Positions 1-12,201 of a stretch of 61,984 nt of DNA are shown here, one piece after another; position 1 is the first letter of the stretch; each line of letters begins with the position of its first letter. The notes beneath the pieces are model-generated. The model was not told where the DNA came from and ran no database searches. It worked only from the letters and a program-made list of their open reading frames with translations. Source of the DNA: Alphaproteobacteria bacterium UBA7314 (GTDB lineage Bacteria; Pseudomonadota; Alphaproteobacteria; MPNO01; UBA830); the NCBI GenBank assembly GCA_002471575.1, contig DKQG01000019.1, forward strand, positions 1 to 61,984, written 5' to 3'. The position numbers and the translations under genes are program-made.

Positions 1-1
1 G

Positions 2-205
2 CACGACGGCTATAGCCTTCACGGTCTGCGTAAAAATGCCACGATAGAGCTGCTCGAAGCCGGCTGCACACCCGATGAGGTGAAGGCAATTACCGGTCAC
101 ATAACGACTCAGATGATTGAAAAATACGGGCGAGAGGTGTCAAAAAGGCGCCAGGCAAAAGCCGCCATCGTCAAATTAACCGACGCCAAAAAGAACAAAG
201 GCTGA
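2..205 (+). CDS. Tyrosine recombinase/integrase, C-terminal part (runs off the window edge)
   Basis: Manual translation of frame 2: HDGYSLHGLRKNATIELLEAGCTPDEVKAITGHITTQMIEKYGREV...KG*. It has the HxLR, GH and catalytic Y motifs and converges on the tRNA-Lys 3' end. Confidence 0.9.
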   Translation, partial: HDGYSLHGLRKNATIELLEAGCTPDEVKAITGHITTQMIEKYGREVSKRRQAKAAIVKLTDAKKNKG

Positions 206-221
206 CCGAATGTCAGTAAAA

Positions 222-257
222 AGTGACAACCATTGTAAGATGTGAGTGACAACCATT
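222..257. repeat. 13-bp direct repeat AGTGACAACCATT (222-234, 245-257), putative integrase arm-type sites
   Basis: Exact repeat with a 23-bp period between the integrase stop and the tRNA 3' end. An IHF-like TAAGCCCTTGAAA lies at 284-296. Confidence 0.75.
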
Positions 258-301
258 TAAGGGCTCAGCAGAGAAAACCCTGCTAAGCCCTTGAAAAGAA
301 A

Positions 302-377
302 TGGTGCGCCCACCAGGACTCGAACCTGGGACCCACTGATTAAAAGTCAGTTGCTCTACCACCTGAGCTATGGGCGC
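302..377 (-). tRNA. tRNA-Lys(UUU)
   Basis: Reverse complement GCGCCCATAGCTCAGGTGGTAGAGCAACTGACTTTTAATCAGTGGGTCCCAGGTTCGAGTCCTGGTGGGCGCACCA: cloverleaf, TTT anticodon, CCA end. Confidence 0.97.
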
Positions 378-459
378 TAGCCTGCCTCGAAAGCAGCGAG
401 GCGCAACATAAGTAGCCCCCAATACCGGGTCAATAGAATCCTTTTAATTTCAGCAAGAT

Positions 460-963
460 TTAACCGTACAGGCGTTCGGCCAGACGTTCTGAAATCCGCG
501 GCGATACGAACTGGGTCACGTCTCCCCCCAGTTTCGCGATCTCCTTAACCAGGCTAGATGCGATAAAATGATACTTGTCGGAAGCCATCAGGCAGACTGT
601 TTCAACATCTGGCGCCATTTTGGCGTTCATGCTGGCCATCTGGAATTCGTAGTCGAAATCAGAGACGGCCCGCAGACCGCGGATCAATACCGTCGCATCG
701 ACTTCGTGGGCGAAGTCGATCAACAGCCCTGTAAACGGCCGAACCTCAATCCGGTCCGCTAACCCATTTTTTAGATAATTGATCTCTTCGCGAACCAGTT
801 CAACCCGTTCGTCGATGGTAAAAATCGGTCCTTTGCCGGGATTTATCGCCACTCCGACTACGAGCTTGTCTAACAGTCGCGCGGCCCGTCCTATAATATC
901 GGAATGTCCGTTTGTGATGGGATCGAAAGTTCCCGGATAAATCCCGATTTTTTCTGACGCCAT
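460..963 (-). CDS. coaD: Phosphopantetheine adenylyltransferase
   Basis: YPGTFDPITNGH, IRGLRAVSDFDYE and SSLVKEIA motifs. Confidence 0.97.
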   Translation of the reverse strand: MASEKIGIYPGTFDPITNGHSDIIGRAARLLDKLVVGVAINPGKGPIFTIDERVELVREEINYLKNGLADRIEVRPFTGLLIDFAHEVDATVLIRGLRAVSDFDYEFQMASMNAKMAPDVETVCLMASDKYHFIASSLVKEIAKLGGDVTQFVSPRISERLAERLYG

Positions 964-997
964 AATCCCCGTCCGCGATGTCTTGGTTTAGGGCTTT

Positions 998-3823
998 TTA
1001 CGCGTCTCCGGCGGCATCGTCCACTTCGTCATCATCGATATCCGCGGGTGTTTCGTCAGCTGCCCTTGCATCCGTGGCGTCCGTATTGGTTTCCCCACCG
1101 TCGCCGGGATCATTGTCGCCGTCCGTTTCCTTTAGATGGGCCACCGATACGACCTGTTCGTCCTCCGCAGTGTCAAACAGCGTCACACCCTGAGTCGACC
1201 TGCCGGCAATACGGATATCGGCGACGGGACTGCGGATGATCTTGCCGCCATTCGTGACCAGCATAATCTGGTCACTGTCTTCGACCGGAAACGAAGCTGC
1301 AACCGGCCCATTACGTCCCTCGGTGGTGATATTTACGACCCCCTGCCCGCCGCGTTTGGTGATCCGGTATTCGTAAGCCGAAGTACGCTTGCCGTAGCCG
1401 TTTTCCGTGACGGAGAGAATAAACTCTTCGGTCTCGGCCAGCTTTTCGAACTCTTCTTCGCTCAGTGCGATCTGAGTGTTCTCCCCGTTAACAGCCGCCG
1501 CCGCTTCATCAGCGCCGTTGTCGTCTTCGTCGCCTTCCTGACGCCGCTGTGCCTTGGACATACGCAGATAGGCATCCCGGATATCGGTTTCGAGCTCAAT
1601 GTGATTGAGGGTTGTCATGGAAACGATCTTCTGGCCGGCCGCCAGACGGATGCCGCGCACACCGGTAGACGTGCGGCCGGAGAACACTCGGACATCAGTG
1701 ACCGGGAAACGGATGCTCTTCCCGCTGTCGGCAGCCAGCATGATGTCCTCGTCCTCAGTGCAGGTCTGGACGCCGATAAGCTGATCGCCGTCGTCCAGTT
1801 TCATAGCGATCTTGCCGTTGGCCATGATATTGGTGAAATCGGACAGCCGGTTGCGTCGCACGCCGCCGGATGCTGTTGCGAACAAGATGAACAGGTCGCC
1901 CCAACTGTCTTCGTTTTCCGGCATGGGCATGACGGTCGTGATCGTCTCGCCCTCTTCCAGTGGTAACAGGTTTATCAGAGCCTTGCCCCGCGCCTGGGGA
2001 TTGCCTTCCGGAAGGCGGTATACCTTCAGCTTATAAACAATGCCGCGTGAGGAGAAAAACAGCACAGGCGTATGGGTGTTGCAGACGAACACGCTGCTGA
2101 CGAAATCCTCGTCGCGGGTGCTCATTCCGGCTCGGCCTTTTCCTCCGCGGCGCTGGGCCCGGTAGCTGGAGAGCGCGACGCGCTTGATGTAACCCGCATG
2201 GCTCACGGTGACGACCATGTCTTCGCGCTGAATCAAGTCCTCAATGTCGGTATCGAGCTCGGATTCCTCGATCGTGGTGCGGCGCGGCGTGGCGAACTGT
2301 TCTTTCACAGCGAGCATCTCTTCGCGCATGATCGACCGGATGCGATCGCGTGACCGCAGAATACCGAGAAAATCCTCGATTTCGGTCGCGAGACCGCTCA
2401 GTTCGTCGGCAATCTTTTCCTGTTCGAGGCCCGTTAAACGTTGCAGCCGCAGTTCGAGAATCGCACGTGCCTGGGCTTCTGACAGTCGGTATCGTCCGTC
2501 GACCACCACGTGATTGGGGTCGTCGATCAGGGCAATCAGGGACGCAACTTCTTCCGCCGCCCAATCACGACCCATTAGTCCGTTCCGGGCTTCGACCGGA
2601 TCCTTGGCTGCCCGTATCAGGGCGATGACCTCGTCGATATTCTCGACTGCGATGGCAAGCCCGACTAGCACGTGGGCGCGGTCGCGCGCCTTGGACAGAT
2701 CGTACTCGGTGCGTCTCCGGATGACCTCTTCCCGGAAATCGACGAATGCCTCCAGGATTTGTTTTAGGTTCAGAAGCTGGGGCTTGCCGTTGTTCAGTGC
2801 AAGCGTATTGACGCCGAAACTGGTTTGCAGCGGGGAATAGCGATAAAGCTGATTGAGAACGACCTCGGCCAGGGAATCGCGCTTGATTTCGATCACCACA
2901 CGAACGCCATCGCGATCGGATTCGTCGCGCAGATCGCCAATGCCTTCGATTTTCTTGTCGCGCACCATTTCCGCAATACGCTCGATCATGCGGGCCTTGT
3001 TCACCTGATAGGGAATCTCGGACACTATGATGGCTTCGCGGTCCTTGCGGATTTCTTCGATCGAGACTCGGCCCCGCATGACGACCGAGCCGCGTCCGGT
3101 TTCGAAGGCTGACGTAGGCCCCTGACGGCCAACGATAATCCCACCGGTCGGGAAATCAGGACCCGGAATGACTTCCATCAGTTCCCCGATCGAAAGGTCT
3201 GGATTGTCGATCAGAGCGCAACAGGCGTCGATAACTTCGCCTAGGTTGTGGGGGGGGATGTTGGTTGCCATGCCGACCGCGATACCGCCGCCGCCATTGA
3301 CCAGGAGATTGGGGAACTTGGCTGGCAGAACCGTCGGTTCCTTGGTGCTCTCGTCGTAGTTGGGCTGGAAATCAACGGTTTCCCTATCGATATCGTCTAG
3401 CAATTCGCGTGCAACGCGTTCAAGCCGTGCTTCGGTGTACCGCATAGCTGCCGGCGGATCACCGTCCATCGATCCGAAATTGCCCTGCCCGTCAATCAAT
3501 GGCAGGCGCATGGAGAAATCCTGCGCCATCCGTACCATCGCGTCATAGATGGCCTGGTCGCCATGGGGATGGTACTGGCCCATCACATCTCCGACTACAC
3601 GGGCGGATTTACGGTACGGCCGGTTCCAGTCGTAGTTGCTCTCGTTCATCACGTGCATGATGCGGCGATGAACGGGTTTGAGGCCGTCTCGAACATCCGG
3701 CAGCGCTCGGCTCACGATCACGCTCATTGCGTAATCTAGATAGGATTTGCGCATTTCGTCTTCGATCGAGACCTGTTCGATATCGGAATCGAAGGGCTGC
3801 GGCGGTAAAGGTTCGTCTGCCAA
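998..3823 (-). CDS. gyrA: DNA gyrase subunit A
   Basis: [28 protein letters not shown], active-site AAMRYTE and GyrA-box QRRGGKG. Confidence 0.98.
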   Translation of the reverse strand: MADEPLPPQPFDSDIEQVSIEDEMRKSYLDYAMSVIVSRALPDVRDGLKPVHRRIMHVMNESNYDWNRPYRKSARVVGDVMGQYHPHGDQAIYDAMVRMAQDFSMRLPLIDGQGNFGSMDGDPPAAMRYTEARLERVARELLDDIDRETVDFQPNYDESTKEPTVLPAKFPNLLVNGGGGIAVGMATNIPPHNLGEVIDACCALIDNPDLSIGELMEVIPGPDFPTGGIIVGRQGPTSAFETGRGSVVMRGRVSIEEIRKDREAIIVSEIPYQVNKARMIERIAEMVRDKKIEGIGDLRDESDRDGVRVVIEIKRDSLAEVVLNQLYRYSPLQTSFGVNTLALNNGKPQLLNLKQILEAFVDFREEVIRRRTEYDLSKARDRAHVLVGLAIAVENIDEVIALIRAAKDPVEARNGLMGRDWAAEEVASLIALIDDPNHVVVDGRYRLSEAQARAILELRLQRLTGLEQEKIADELSGLATEIEDFLGILRSRDRIRSIMREEMLAVKEQFATPRRTTIEESELDTDIEDLIQREDMVVTVSHAGYIKRVALSSYRAQRRGGKGRAGMSTRDEDFVSSVFVCNTHTPVLFFSSRGIVYKLKVYRLPEGNPQARGKALINLLPLEEGETITTVMPMPENEDSWGDLFILFATASGGVRRNRLSDFTNIMANGKIAMKLDDGDQLIGVQTCTEDEDIMLAADSGKSIRFPVTDVRVFSGRTSTGVRGIRLAAGQKIVSMTTLNHIELETDIRDAYLRMSKAQRRQEGDEDDNGADEAAAAVNGENTQIALSEEEFEKLAETEEFILSVTENGYGKRTSAYEYRITKRGGQGVVNITTEGRNGPVAASFPVEDSDQIMLVTNGGKIIRSPVADIRIAGRSTQGVTLFDTAEDEQVVSVAHLKETDGDNDPGDGGETNTDATDARAADETPADIDDDEVDDAAGDA

Positions 3824-3993
3824 AAACCTAGTCTTTCGGATTGCCTCCGGCCACGTACCGGGAAATCAAATTTTACAGTGAAAAATTTACCCTTGTCCGC
3901 CGATTCGAACAAGAAAACGGCATGTCTTGTGATCGACCTAAATTATTGAAAAACAGAGAAAAACGACACGCCTGAACGGGCCGCCTGGGCCTG

Positions 3994-4188
3994 TCAGTCG
4001 TAGTCGCCTGCGTCGGTCAATTTCCATTCCAGGTCGCCGGCTGCCATTTTGATCCGCCGTTGCGCTTTTTCCACTTTCGGACGCGCACGTTCACCAAACT
4101 CCTGCGGCCGGGGCATCACTTCTTCACGCAGAACCAGTTGTGCTTTCTGCTAAACCCGGGGATCGGCTGCCGCCCGCTTGGCGGCCAT
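3994..4188 (-). pseudogene. Short coding-like remnant with an internal stop
   Basis: Reads MAAKRAAADPRV*QKAQLVLREEVMPRPQEFGERARPKVEKAQRRIKMAAGDLEWKLTDAGDYD*, with TAG at 4150-4152. Family not identified. Confidence 0.3.
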
Positions 4189-4224
4189 AAAAAGCGCCCG
4201 GCGAAGGATGCTCATCCGGCGATC

Positions 4225-4707
4225 CTAGAACGGGATCTCATCGTCGAGGTCACCGCCCCCACCGGGTGCCGGTCCACCCCCGCCCATGGGGCCGCCGGGA
4301 TCACCACCTCCATAATCTCCGCCTCCGCTGTCTCCGAAGTCGCCGCCGCCACCGTCCCGAGATCCCAGCATCGTCATCTTGCCGCTGAAACGCTGCAAGA
4401 CGACCTCCGTTGTATATTTTTCAAGGCCTTGCTGATCGGTCCACTTGCGGGTTTGCAGAGACCCCTCGAGATAAACCGTCGATCCTTTCTGGAGGTACTT
4501 CTGCGCAACCTCGCAAATTTTTTCGTCGAAAATTACGACGCGGTGCCATTCGGTTTTTTCCCGGCGCTCTCCGCTCGAACGATCGCGCCATTGCTCCGAC
4601 GTGGCGACCGACAGATTAGCGATGGGGCGCCCATCATTCGTGTGGCGAATTTCGGGGTCTCTACCGAGATTTCCGATAAGAATTACCTTGTTGACGCTGC
4701 CGGCCAT
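4225..4707 (-). CDS. ssb: Single-stranded DNA-binding protein
   Basis: [19 protein letters not shown] start, Gly-rich linker and DDEIPF tail. Start trimmed to the ATG at 4707. Confidence 0.97.
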   Translation of the reverse strand: MAGSVNKVILIGNLGRDPEIRHTNDGRPIANLSVATSEQWRDRSSGERREKTEWHRVVIFDEKICEVAQKYLQKGSTVYLEGSLQTRKWTDQQGLEKYTTEVVLQRFSGKMTMLGSRDGGGGDFGDSGGGDYGGGDPGGPMGGGGPAPGGGGDLDDEIPF

Positions 4708-5041
4708 GACTTGCTCCCGTCTCCCGGTTCTCGGCACCGAAACAGGTGCCGCATTAACTGGTAGGCATCATAACAATCTGCCCGCCTCGTGCCACGGCGA
4801 ATAGAGAATCTGTTGCGAATAGCGGTGGACAAAATGACAAACGGTGCGCGCGAAGGGTGGCTTTTGTGGGCCGAACTACTATGAAAAGCCGGTTGATTTG
4901 GTCGAGAAAGCGCCTGCTCGGTCTTGTTGCAGGAATTTAGGCATCCGGTTGCGCCGGAACGGCTTCAATTGATCCGGAAATTATGCGGTATTTTTTATAG
5001 AGCCAATTTCCGAAAACTTGATAGCCAATGAACTCGAATAT

Positions 5042-6016
5042 TCAACCGGGAGTGGTCGGGTCCCTACCAGACATCTGGTTGATAGTCTTGCCGTCGAGCC
5101 ACGAACGGACGTTTTCCACCGTTCCGCCGTACCAGTTGCGGTAGTTCTCCACGGTCACGTAGCCAAGGTGGGGTATGATGACGGTGTTCGGCATGTTTCG
5201 TAGCGGATGATCGTCAGGCAAGGGCTCGACGTCGAATACATCGAGACCGGCGCCAGCGAGCCTTTTGTTTTTCAGGGCGTCGATCAGAGCCACCTCGTCG
5301 ACGATCGGCCCCCGCGACGTATTCACGAGATAGGCGCTTGACTTCATTTGTGCTAGGTCGCCCGCCTTCAGCAGACCGCGTGTGCGATCGCTGAGCAGAA
5401 GGTGGATGGTAAGGAAGTCCGATTGATCGAGCAGCTCTTCTTTAGACACATGTCGGGCGCCAACTTCGTCGCAACGGTCCTGGGTCAGGTTTTCGGACCA
5501 GGCAATCACCTGCATGCCGGTCGCGATACCGACACGAGCGACGTCGGTGCCGATCCGCCCTAGCCCCATGATCCCTAAAACCTTATCGCGAAGCCCAATG
5601 CCGACGGTTTTTTGCCATGCTCCCGCCCGGGTTTCCCGGTCTTCCAAGGTAACATTTCGGGCAAGGGCGTGAATCAGCCCCCAGGTCAGTTCGGCAGTCG
5701 GGTAACCGAGCGACGGCGTGCCAGTGCATACCACGCCGTTATCGGTCGCAGCGTCGATATCAATCGATAGGTTTCGCATGCCGCTGCTAACGATGTGTTC
5801 CAGTTTCGGCAGCTTTTCAATCAGGGAACGTGGAAAAGGCGTCCGTTCGCGCATCAGCATCACGATCTCGAACTCGGTCAGCCTCGCCGCTACATCGTCT
5901 TCGTGCGACAAGTGATCATTGAAGACGGCGATCTCGATGTCGCCGTCGAGCAACGACCAGTCCGCCATATCCATCGCCACATTCTGGTAATCGTCCAAAA
6001 TGGCCAGTTTCTTCAT
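5042..6016 (-). CDS. D-2-hydroxyacid dehydrogenase family protein
   Basis: LAILDDYQ, GxGxxG (GLGRIG), NTSRG, LDVFDVEP and PHLGY motifs. Likely start MKKLAIL. Confidence 0.92.
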   Translation of the reverse strand: MKKLAILDDYQNVAMDMADWSLLDGDIEIAVFNDHLSHEDDVAARLTEFEIVMLMRERTPFPRSLIEKLPKLEHIVSSGMRNLSIDIDAATDNGVVCTGTPSLGYPTAELTWGLIHALARNVTLEDRETRAGAWQKTVGIGLRDKVLGIMGLGRIGTDVARVGIATGMQVIAWSENLTQDRCDEVGARHVSKEELLDQSDFLTIHLLLSDRTRGLLKAGDLAQMKSSAYLVNTSRGPIVDEVALIDALKNKRLAGAGLDVFDVEPLPDDHPLRNMPNTVIIPHLGYVTVENYRNWYGGTVENVRSWLDGKTINQMSGRDPTTPG

Positions 6017-6125
6017 TTGATCCACACCTCTCCATACGCTGGGCGGCTTATCGAGTCGCTTTGCCACCGATGTCGCCCTATTATTTCCTTCATCCAGACA
6101 TCTTTATTAGCCCTAACAAATACCG

Positions 6126-8981
6126 ATGCAATCAAAGATCGTCGTCCGAGGCGCGCGCGAACATAATCTCCGAAACGTCGACGTAGATATTCCCCGGGAT
6201 TCGTTGGTCGTCGTGACAGGCTTGTCGGGGTCCGGCAAGTCCACGCTTGCCTTCGACACTATCTATGCCGAAGGCCAGCGCCGTTATGTGGAAAGCTTGT
6301 CGGCCTATGCCCGCCAGTTTTTAGAACTGATGGAAAAACCCGATGTGGATTCTATCGAAGGATTGTCGCCGGCGATCTCAATCGAACAGAAAACTACATC
6401 GCGGAATCCGCGTTCGACGGTAGGCACGGTCACTGAAATTTATGACTATATGCGGCTGTTGTTTGCCCGGGTCGGCATCCCTTACTCTCCGGCGACCGGC
6501 TTGCCCATCGAGAGCCAAACCGTTTCTCAGATGGTCGACCGGATCGAAGAGATGGTCGAGGGTACTCGGCTGTTTCTGTTGGCACCGATCGTGCGTGGAC
6601 GCAAGGGCGAGTACCGGAAAGAGTTCGCAGAGCTGCAGAAGAAAGGCTTTACCCGCATCCGGGTCGACGGCGAGATGTTCGATATCGAGGATGCGCCGAC
6701 GTTAGACAAGAATTTCAAGCACGATATTGAGGTCGTCGTCGACCGGATCGTCGTGCGGCCCGATCTCGGCAATCGTGTCGCGGATTCCATAGAAACTGCT
6801 CTTGCCTTGACGGATGGCCTAGCTATCGCGGAAAACGCCGATGACGGCGGACGCACACTGTTTTCGGCTAAGTTTGCCTGCCCCGTGTCCGGCTTCACCA
6901 TCGACGAGATCGAACCCCGGTTGTTCTCGTTCAACAATCCGCACGGCGCCTGCCCGGCTTGCGACGGTCTGGGCACCAAAATGTATTTCGACCCTGCGCT
7001 TGTGGTTCCCGATCCGGAAAAATCCTTGAAGGACGGCGCGATCACACCCTGGTGCAGTTCGTCGTCCAGCTATTACGACCAGACCTTGGAATCGCTCGCC
7101 AGGGCGTTCAAGTTCTCGACCAATACGCCGTTCAGCGACCTGCCGAAAAAGGCGAAGGATACGATCCTTTATGGTTCGGGCGATAAATCGGTCAAGATGA
7201 TTTACGCCGACGACAAGCGGTCCTACACAATTGACCGTCCGTTCGAGGGCGTTGTGCCAAATATGGAGCGCCGGTTTCGCGAAACGGACTCCAACTGGAC
7301 GCGCGAAGAACTCAGCAAATATCAAGCTGTATCGCAGTGCGAAGTATGCGGCGGTGCGCGGCTGAAGCCGGAAGCGCTGGCCGTAAAAATCGATGGCAAG
7401 CACATAAGTGAAGTCGCGGATTATTCCATCGGTGCAGCGGGCGATTGGTTTTCCGGAATCGCGAAGACCCTGACGGACAAACAAAACGAAATCGCCAGTG
7501 GAATTCTGAAGGAAATCAACGAAAGACTTGGTTTTCTGAACAATGTCGGTCTGGATTACCTGACCTTGTCACGTGCGTCTGGCACCCTGTCGGGCGGAGA
7601 AAGCCAGCGAATCCGGCTGGCATCGCAGATTGGATCGGGTCTGACGGGCGTCCTTTACGTTCTGGACGAACCGTCCATCGGGCTGCACCAACGCGATAAC
7701 GCCCGGCTGCTGGAAACCCTGCGGCACCTGCGCGATATCGGCAACACCGTGATCGTGGTTGAGCATGACGAGGAGGCGATCCGCAGCGCCGATTACCTGA
7801 TCGATCTCGGCGTCGGTGCCGGTGTGCATGGGGGAAATATCGTGGCTGCTGGCAAGCCGCCTTCCGTTATGCGTTCCAAAAAGAGTCTGACCGCCAAGTA
7901 CCTACGTGGCGACCTGAAAATCGAAGTTCCCGCCGAGCGGCGGAAAATCATCAAGAAACGTGCCTTGAGAGTCTTGAGTGCGACGGCGAACAACCTGAAA
8001 AACGTCAACGTCGATATTCCGCTAGGCGTGCTGACTTGCGTGACGGGCGTTTCCGGTGGTGGCAAATCTAGCCTCATCATTGAAACGCTGTACAAGGCGA
8101 TGGCGCGGCGTATCAATAATTCCCGAGTGATCCCGGGTGATCACAAGGATATCAAGGGACTGGAATTCGTCGACAAGGTTGTCGATATCGATCAATCTCC
8201 TATAGGCCGCACGCCGCGTTCGAATCCGGCCACGTATACTGGGGCGTTCACGCCGATCCGCGACTGGTTTGCGGGCTTGCCGGAATCCAAGGCGCGCGGA
8301 TACAAGCCGGGACGCTTTTCTTTCAACGTAAAAGGTGGCCGCTGCGAAGCCTGTCAGGGTGACGGCGTGATCAAAATCGAGATGCATTTTCTCGCGGACG
8401 TGTACGTGGAGTGCGATGTCTGCAGGGGTAAGCGGTACAACCGCGAGACTCTGGAAGTATTTTTTAGAAACAAATCTATAGCAGATGTCCTTGACATGAC
8501 CGTTGAGGAAGGCGTTGAGTTCTTTTCGGCTGTCCCATCAATCAGGGACAAGCTTGAAATGCTTCATATGGTGGGATTGAGCTATATCAAGATCGGACAA
8601 TCCGCGACAACGCTGTCTGGCGGCGAAGCGCAGCGCGTGAAACTGTCCAAGGAATTGTCCCGGCGAGCCACCGGTAAAACCGTTTATGTTCTGGACGAAC
8701 CGACGACCGGGCTTCATTTCGACGATATCCGCAAACTACTGGAAGTTTTGCAGGCCCTGGTCGACCAGGGCAACACAGTAATCGTGATTGAACACAATCT
8801 CGATGTTATCAAAACGGCTGACTGGATCATCGATCTGGGTCCTGAAGGCGGCAACGGCGGCGGAGAGATCGTTGCCGCTGGCACGCCGGAGGACGTGGCA
8901 AAGGTTGCGAGGAGCCACACCGGGCAGTTTCTGGCGCCCTATCTCGATGCGCCGATCCAGAAATCGAAGAAATCCACCTGA
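6126..8981 (+). CDS. uvrA: Excinuclease ABC subunit A
   Basis: Two ABC modules ([21 protein letters not shown] twice) and Zn-finger CxxC motifs; 951 aa. Confidence 0.98.
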   Translation: MQSKIVVRGAREHNLRNVDVDIPRDSLVVVTGLSGSGKSTLAFDTIYAEGQRRYVESLSAYARQFLELMEKPDVDSIEGLSPAISIEQKTTSRNPRSTVGTVTEIYDYMRLLFARVGIPYSPATGLPIESQTVSQMVDRIEEMVEGTRLFLLAPIVRGRKGEYRKEFAELQKKGFTRIRVDGEMFDIEDAPTLDKNFKHDIEVVVDRIVVRPDLGNRVADSIETALALTDGLAIAENADDGGRTLFSAKFACPVSGFTIDEIEPRLFSFNNPHGACPACDGLGTKMYFDPALVVPDPEKSLKDGAITPWCSSSSSYYDQTLESLARAFKFSTNTPFSDLPKKAKDTILYGSGDKSVKMIYADDKRSYTIDRPFEGVVPNMERRFRETDSNWTREELSKYQAVSQCEVCGGARLKPEALAVKIDGKHISEVADYSIGAAGDWFSGIAKTLTDKQNEIASGILKEINERLGFLNNVGLDYLTLSRASGTLSGGESQRIRLASQIGSGLTGVLYVLDEPSIGLHQRDNARLLETLRHLRDIGNTVIVVEHDEEAIRSADYLIDLGVGAGVHGGNIVAAGKPPSVMRSKKSLTAKYLRGDLKIEVPAERRKIIKKRALRVLSATANNLKNVNVDIPLGVLTCVTGVSGGGKSSLIIETLYKAMARRINNSRVIPGDHKDIKGLEFVDKVVDIDQSPIGRTPRSNPATYTGAFTPIRDWFAGLPESKARGYKPGRFSFNVKGGRCEACQGDGVIKIEMHFLADVYVECDVCRGKRYNRETLEVFFRNKSIADVLDMTVEEGVEFFSAVPSIRDKLEMLHMVGLSYIKIGQSATTLSGGEAQRVKLSKELSRRATGKTVYVLDEPTTGLHFDDIRKLLEVLQALVDQGNTVIVIEHNLDVIKTADWIIDLGPEGGNGGGEIVAAGTPEDVAKVARSHTGQFLAPYLDAPIQKSKKST

Positions 8982-9266
8982 CTCGGGGAAACAGCGACGT
9001 CACCGTATGCAACGATCGCCGAGCGGAAAAGATGGCCGACATCGTTCTAAAATTAGACTGGCTAATCGACGGAGCGTCGGAGGTTTCGGCGCCCGGCGAC
9101 ATCGCGTAGTGACTGGGCGACCGCATTGTCACTGATGGATCAAATATCGATCGCATAGCCGTCTTCGTGGAAACCCGGTTTCGATCTATGCTGTGCCCGA
9201 TACGTACTCGACCGGGACGAGAGAATAAGGCATTTTCCGAGCTTCCGATTTTAGAGTGGTACCCAA

Positions 9267-9959
9267 TTGCGCAACAATACCCCCGTCCAAGGCAAACAGC
9301 TCTCGAAAGAGGATTTCCTGACCGGACGACACGACGAGATGATCGTCGAATCCGGGCTGGAAAAACTAATGAAACGAACCCCAGTTGAAGTTCGCATGGC
9401 GCGGCGCGACGAGATGGTCTGTGAAGCGCCGGCGGGCGACATGGTCTGGGTATTCGGCTACGGCTCACTGATCTGGAATCCCGCCTTCGACTATGACGAA
9501 ATGCGCACCGGCACACTGCACGGTTATCACCGGCAATTCTGCTTTTGGTCGAAAATTGGCCGTGGCACACCCGAAAATCCGGGCATGATGCTGGCACTTG
9601 ACCGCGGCGGGTCGTGTAAAGGTGTGGTTCTCGGCGTCGAACGCGAACGCGCGCAGGAAGAGCTGACCAGCGTGTTCATGCGCGAGCTGACCGGCGAGAC
9701 CTATCACGCTAAGTGGGGCAAAGTGCGCACCGATAAAGGGACGGTAGACGCCATAACGTTCGTTGCCAATCATGATGCTGAGCAATATGTCGGGCGCCGC
9801 CCACCGGAGGAGATCGCTCGCTATATTGCCCGGGGTTGCGGCCATCTGGGTCCATGCACAGACTACCTGTTCAACACCACGCAGCATCTGGAAGAACTGG
9901 GTTTGAACGATCCGATGATGAGGCGATTGTGCGATCTGGTAGAGCGGGAACTGTCCTGA
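9267..9959 (+). CDS. ChaC-family gamma-glutamylcyclotransferase
   Basis: [20 protein letters not shown] and GxxGxxxDYL motifs. Start uncertain. Confidence 0.88.
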   Translation: MRNNTPVQGKQLSKEDFLTGRHDEMIVESGLEKLMKRTPVEVRMARRDEMVCEAPAGDMVWVFGYGSLIWNPAFDYDEMRTGTLHGYHRQFCFWSKIGRGTPENPGMMLALDRGGSCKGVVLGVERERAQEELTSVFMRELTGETYHAKWGKVRTDKGTVDAITFVANHDAEQYVGRRPPEEIARYIARGCGHLGPCTDYLFNTTQHLEELGLNDPMMRRLCDLVERELS

Positions 9960-9961
9960 AT

Positions 9962-11293
9962 ATGGATCGCGATCCAGTCCATATCATTGGCGGCGGATTG
10001 GCAGGCTCGGAAGCGGCCTGGCAGGTAGCGCGGCGGGGTGTTTCCGTTATTCTGCACGAAATGCGCCCCGACCGGTCCACCGACGCGCACCAGACCGAAT
10101 GTCTAGCCGAACTAGTATGTTCCAATTCGTTCCGGTCGGACGATGCCGAATATAATGCGGTCGGCCTGCTTCACGAGGAAATGCGGCGCTGCGATTCACT
10201 AATCATCGCCATGGCTGACAGGCACAAGGTCCCGGCAGGCGGTGCGCTGGCCGTGGACCGGGATGCGTTTTCAAATGCTGTCACCGTCGCTCTTTCCGAG
10301 CAAGATCTCGTCACCGTCGAACGGGGCGAGGTCGATGGATTGCCTCCTGAGTCCTGGCAGAGCGTGATCGTAGCCACTGGACCGCTTACGTCGCCGGGGC
10401 TGGCGGGTGCGATCAGCGATTTGACAGGAGAGGACTCTCTCGCATTTTTCGATGCCATTGCGCCGATCATCCATACGGACTCTATCGATTTCGACAAAGC
10501 CTGGTATCAGTCACGGTACGACAAACCTGGCCCCGGCGGAACCGGCAAGGACTACATAAACTGTCCCATGGACCGGGATGAATACATCGCGTTTCTCGGG
10601 GCTATCCGCGACGGGGAAAAGACCGACTTCAAGGAATGGGAAGAAAACACGCCCTATTTCGAAGGATGCCTGCCGATCGAGGTGATGGCATCGCGCGGCG
10701 AGGACACGCTTCGCTACGGCCCGATGAAGCCGGTCGGCCTGACCGATCCGCACAAAGACGAAAAATCATACGCCGTCGTTCAGCTGAGGCAGGATAACGC
10801 GCTGGCTACTCTCTACAATATGGTGGGATTCCAGACCAAGCTGAAGCACGGCGAACAGACCCGCATATTCCGGATGATCCCGGGACTTAAAAATGCGTCT
10901 TTCGCCAGGCTTGGTGGAATACATCGCAACACGTTTTTGAACTCACCGCGATTGCTCGACAACGAACTCAGGTTAAAAGCCCAGCCCCGTCTTCGGTTTG
11001 CCGGACAGATCACAGGTGTCGAGGGGTATGTGGAGAGTGCTGCCGTCGGACTGTTGGCGGGCCGAATGGCGGCGCAGGAAGTCTTGGGCGGCAGTTTTTG
11101 CCGGCCACCGATTACGACGGCGCTCGGGGCATTGGTGAATCACATAACCGACGGGGCCAACAGCGATACTTTTCAGCCCATGAACGTGAATTTTGGCTTG
11201 TTTCCGCCTTTCGAGAACAGGATAAAGGGGCGCGAACGCAAGAAAGCGCATTCGGATCGTGCGCTGGCCGACCTCGAGACTTGGTCCGCGTAA
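9962..11293 (+). CDS. trmFO: Folate/FAD-dependent tRNA (uracil-54) methyltransferase
   Basis: [30 protein letters not shown] and [14 protein letters not shown] motifs. Confidence 0.96.
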   Translation: MDRDPVHIIGGGLAGSEAAWQVARRGVSVILHEMRPDRSTDAHQTECLAELVCSNSFRSDDAEYNAVGLLHEEMRRCDSLIIAMADRHKVPAGGALAVDRDAFSNAVTVALSEQDLVTVERGEVDGLPPESWQSVIVATGPLTSPGLAGAISDLTGEDSLAFFDAIAPIIHTDSIDFDKAWYQSRYDKPGPGGTGKDYINCPMDRDEYIAFLGAIRDGEKTDFKEWEENTPYFEGCLPIEVMASRGEDTLRYGPMKPVGLTDPHKDEKSYAVVQLRQDNALATLYNMVGFQTKLKHGEQTRIFRMIPGLKNASFARLGGIHRNTFLNSPRLLDNELRLKAQPRLRFAGQITGVEGYVESAAVGLLAGRMAAQEVLGGSFCRPPITTALGALVNHITDGANSDTFQPMNVNFGLFPPFENRIKGRERKKAHSDRALADLETWSA

Positions 11294-11310
11294 AGTTCGC
11301 CGCCGAGTAA

Positions 11311-12141
11311 TTAGATTTTACCGCTCACCATCGAGCGCAGGATACCGAACTGCCGCAAGCTCCGTGGCCCCTCGAGCCCCTGCGCAAATACGTCGTAGCC
11401 ATTGCGCTGGAGTCGCCTGAGATAGTTCCGCGAGAGAGCGAGATATGCGACTGCGGGACGCACCGGTTTTTCGATCTTTCGATTGTCGTTTAGCCTGGCG
11501 TGTAGAATGCAGGCCAATTCCGCGGTCGCGGGCGACAAATTGAGGCGGGGACCACTATCGGCAACGACCGATGCAGTGGTTCCCGCTTTGCGCAGCAGAT
11601 CCTTGGGCAAATAGACCCGGCGCTGTGACAAATGGAACGGCAGCGCTCGCAGCAATCCCGTGCCGCCCCAAATGCTCCCCTGCTGCCGTGCCTGATCGTC
11701 CTGCCCAACGATACCGCAGATGCGATAGCTGGCGCAGACGAGTTCGCCCGCAGTTGCTGTGATGTAATTGTCTAGTGCGTTGATGTCTTCAGGCGCTTCC
11801 TCCCTCATATCGAACAAACGCCCATCAATCATGCGCTCGAACGTATCCCCGGGAAGCGAGAACTTCTCGATGGCATGGGCAAGCTCCGCGACAACGGCGT
11901 GGTCTCTGATCGAGCCGTTATAAATTTCCGCAATCGCCTCGCGCCACCATTGCAGCCTTAGTTCGCCCAGTAACGCTTCGCTGACGCGTTCCCGTGCTGA
12001 CGCGATTTCGATGTTGAATGCATATAGGGCGAATAGGCCGCGCCGTGTTTCGGCTGGAGCGAAGGCTGCGGAGAAATACCTGTCGTAGTCGTATGCTCGA
12101 ACCTGTCCGGCGCAGTATTCGCTGTCACTTCGGGAAGACAT
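11311..12141 (-). CDS. Squalene/phytoene synthase-like protein (NDUFAF6-type)
   Basis: DYDRYF...ALYAFNIEIA...LRLQWW, and VYLP. No clear DxxxD pair; trmFO-adjacent context. Confidence 0.85.
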   Translation of the reverse strand: MSSRSDSEYCAGQVRAYDYDRYFSAAFAPAETRRGLFALYAFNIEIASARERVSEALLGELRLQWWREAIAEIYNGSIRDHAVVAELAHAIEKFSLPGDTFERMIDGRLFDMREEAPEDINALDNYITATAGELVCASYRICGIVGQDDQARQQGSIWGGTGLLRALPFHLSQRRVYLPKDLLRKAGTTASVVADSGPRLNLSPATAELACILHARLNDNRKIEKPVRPAVAYLALSRNYLRRLQRNGYDVFAQGLEGPRSLRQFGILRSMVSGKI

Positions 12142-12201
12142 CAGTATCGGAGTGTAAGGATGCCATACCGAGTCGTACAGACTGCGGCTTATCATGCATC
12201 C

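Noticed and set aside
213-422. 69-aa minus-strand ORF
   Set aside because: It is a translation across tRNA-Lys and the att region.
4806-4820. GAAT-N7-GAAT upstream of ssb as a LexA box
   Set aside because: Both half-sites deviate from GAAC-N7-GAAC; too weak to call.
8982-9266. Spacer between uvrA and the chaC-like gene as a pseudogene or RNA
   Set aside because: No recognisable motif or stable structure seen.
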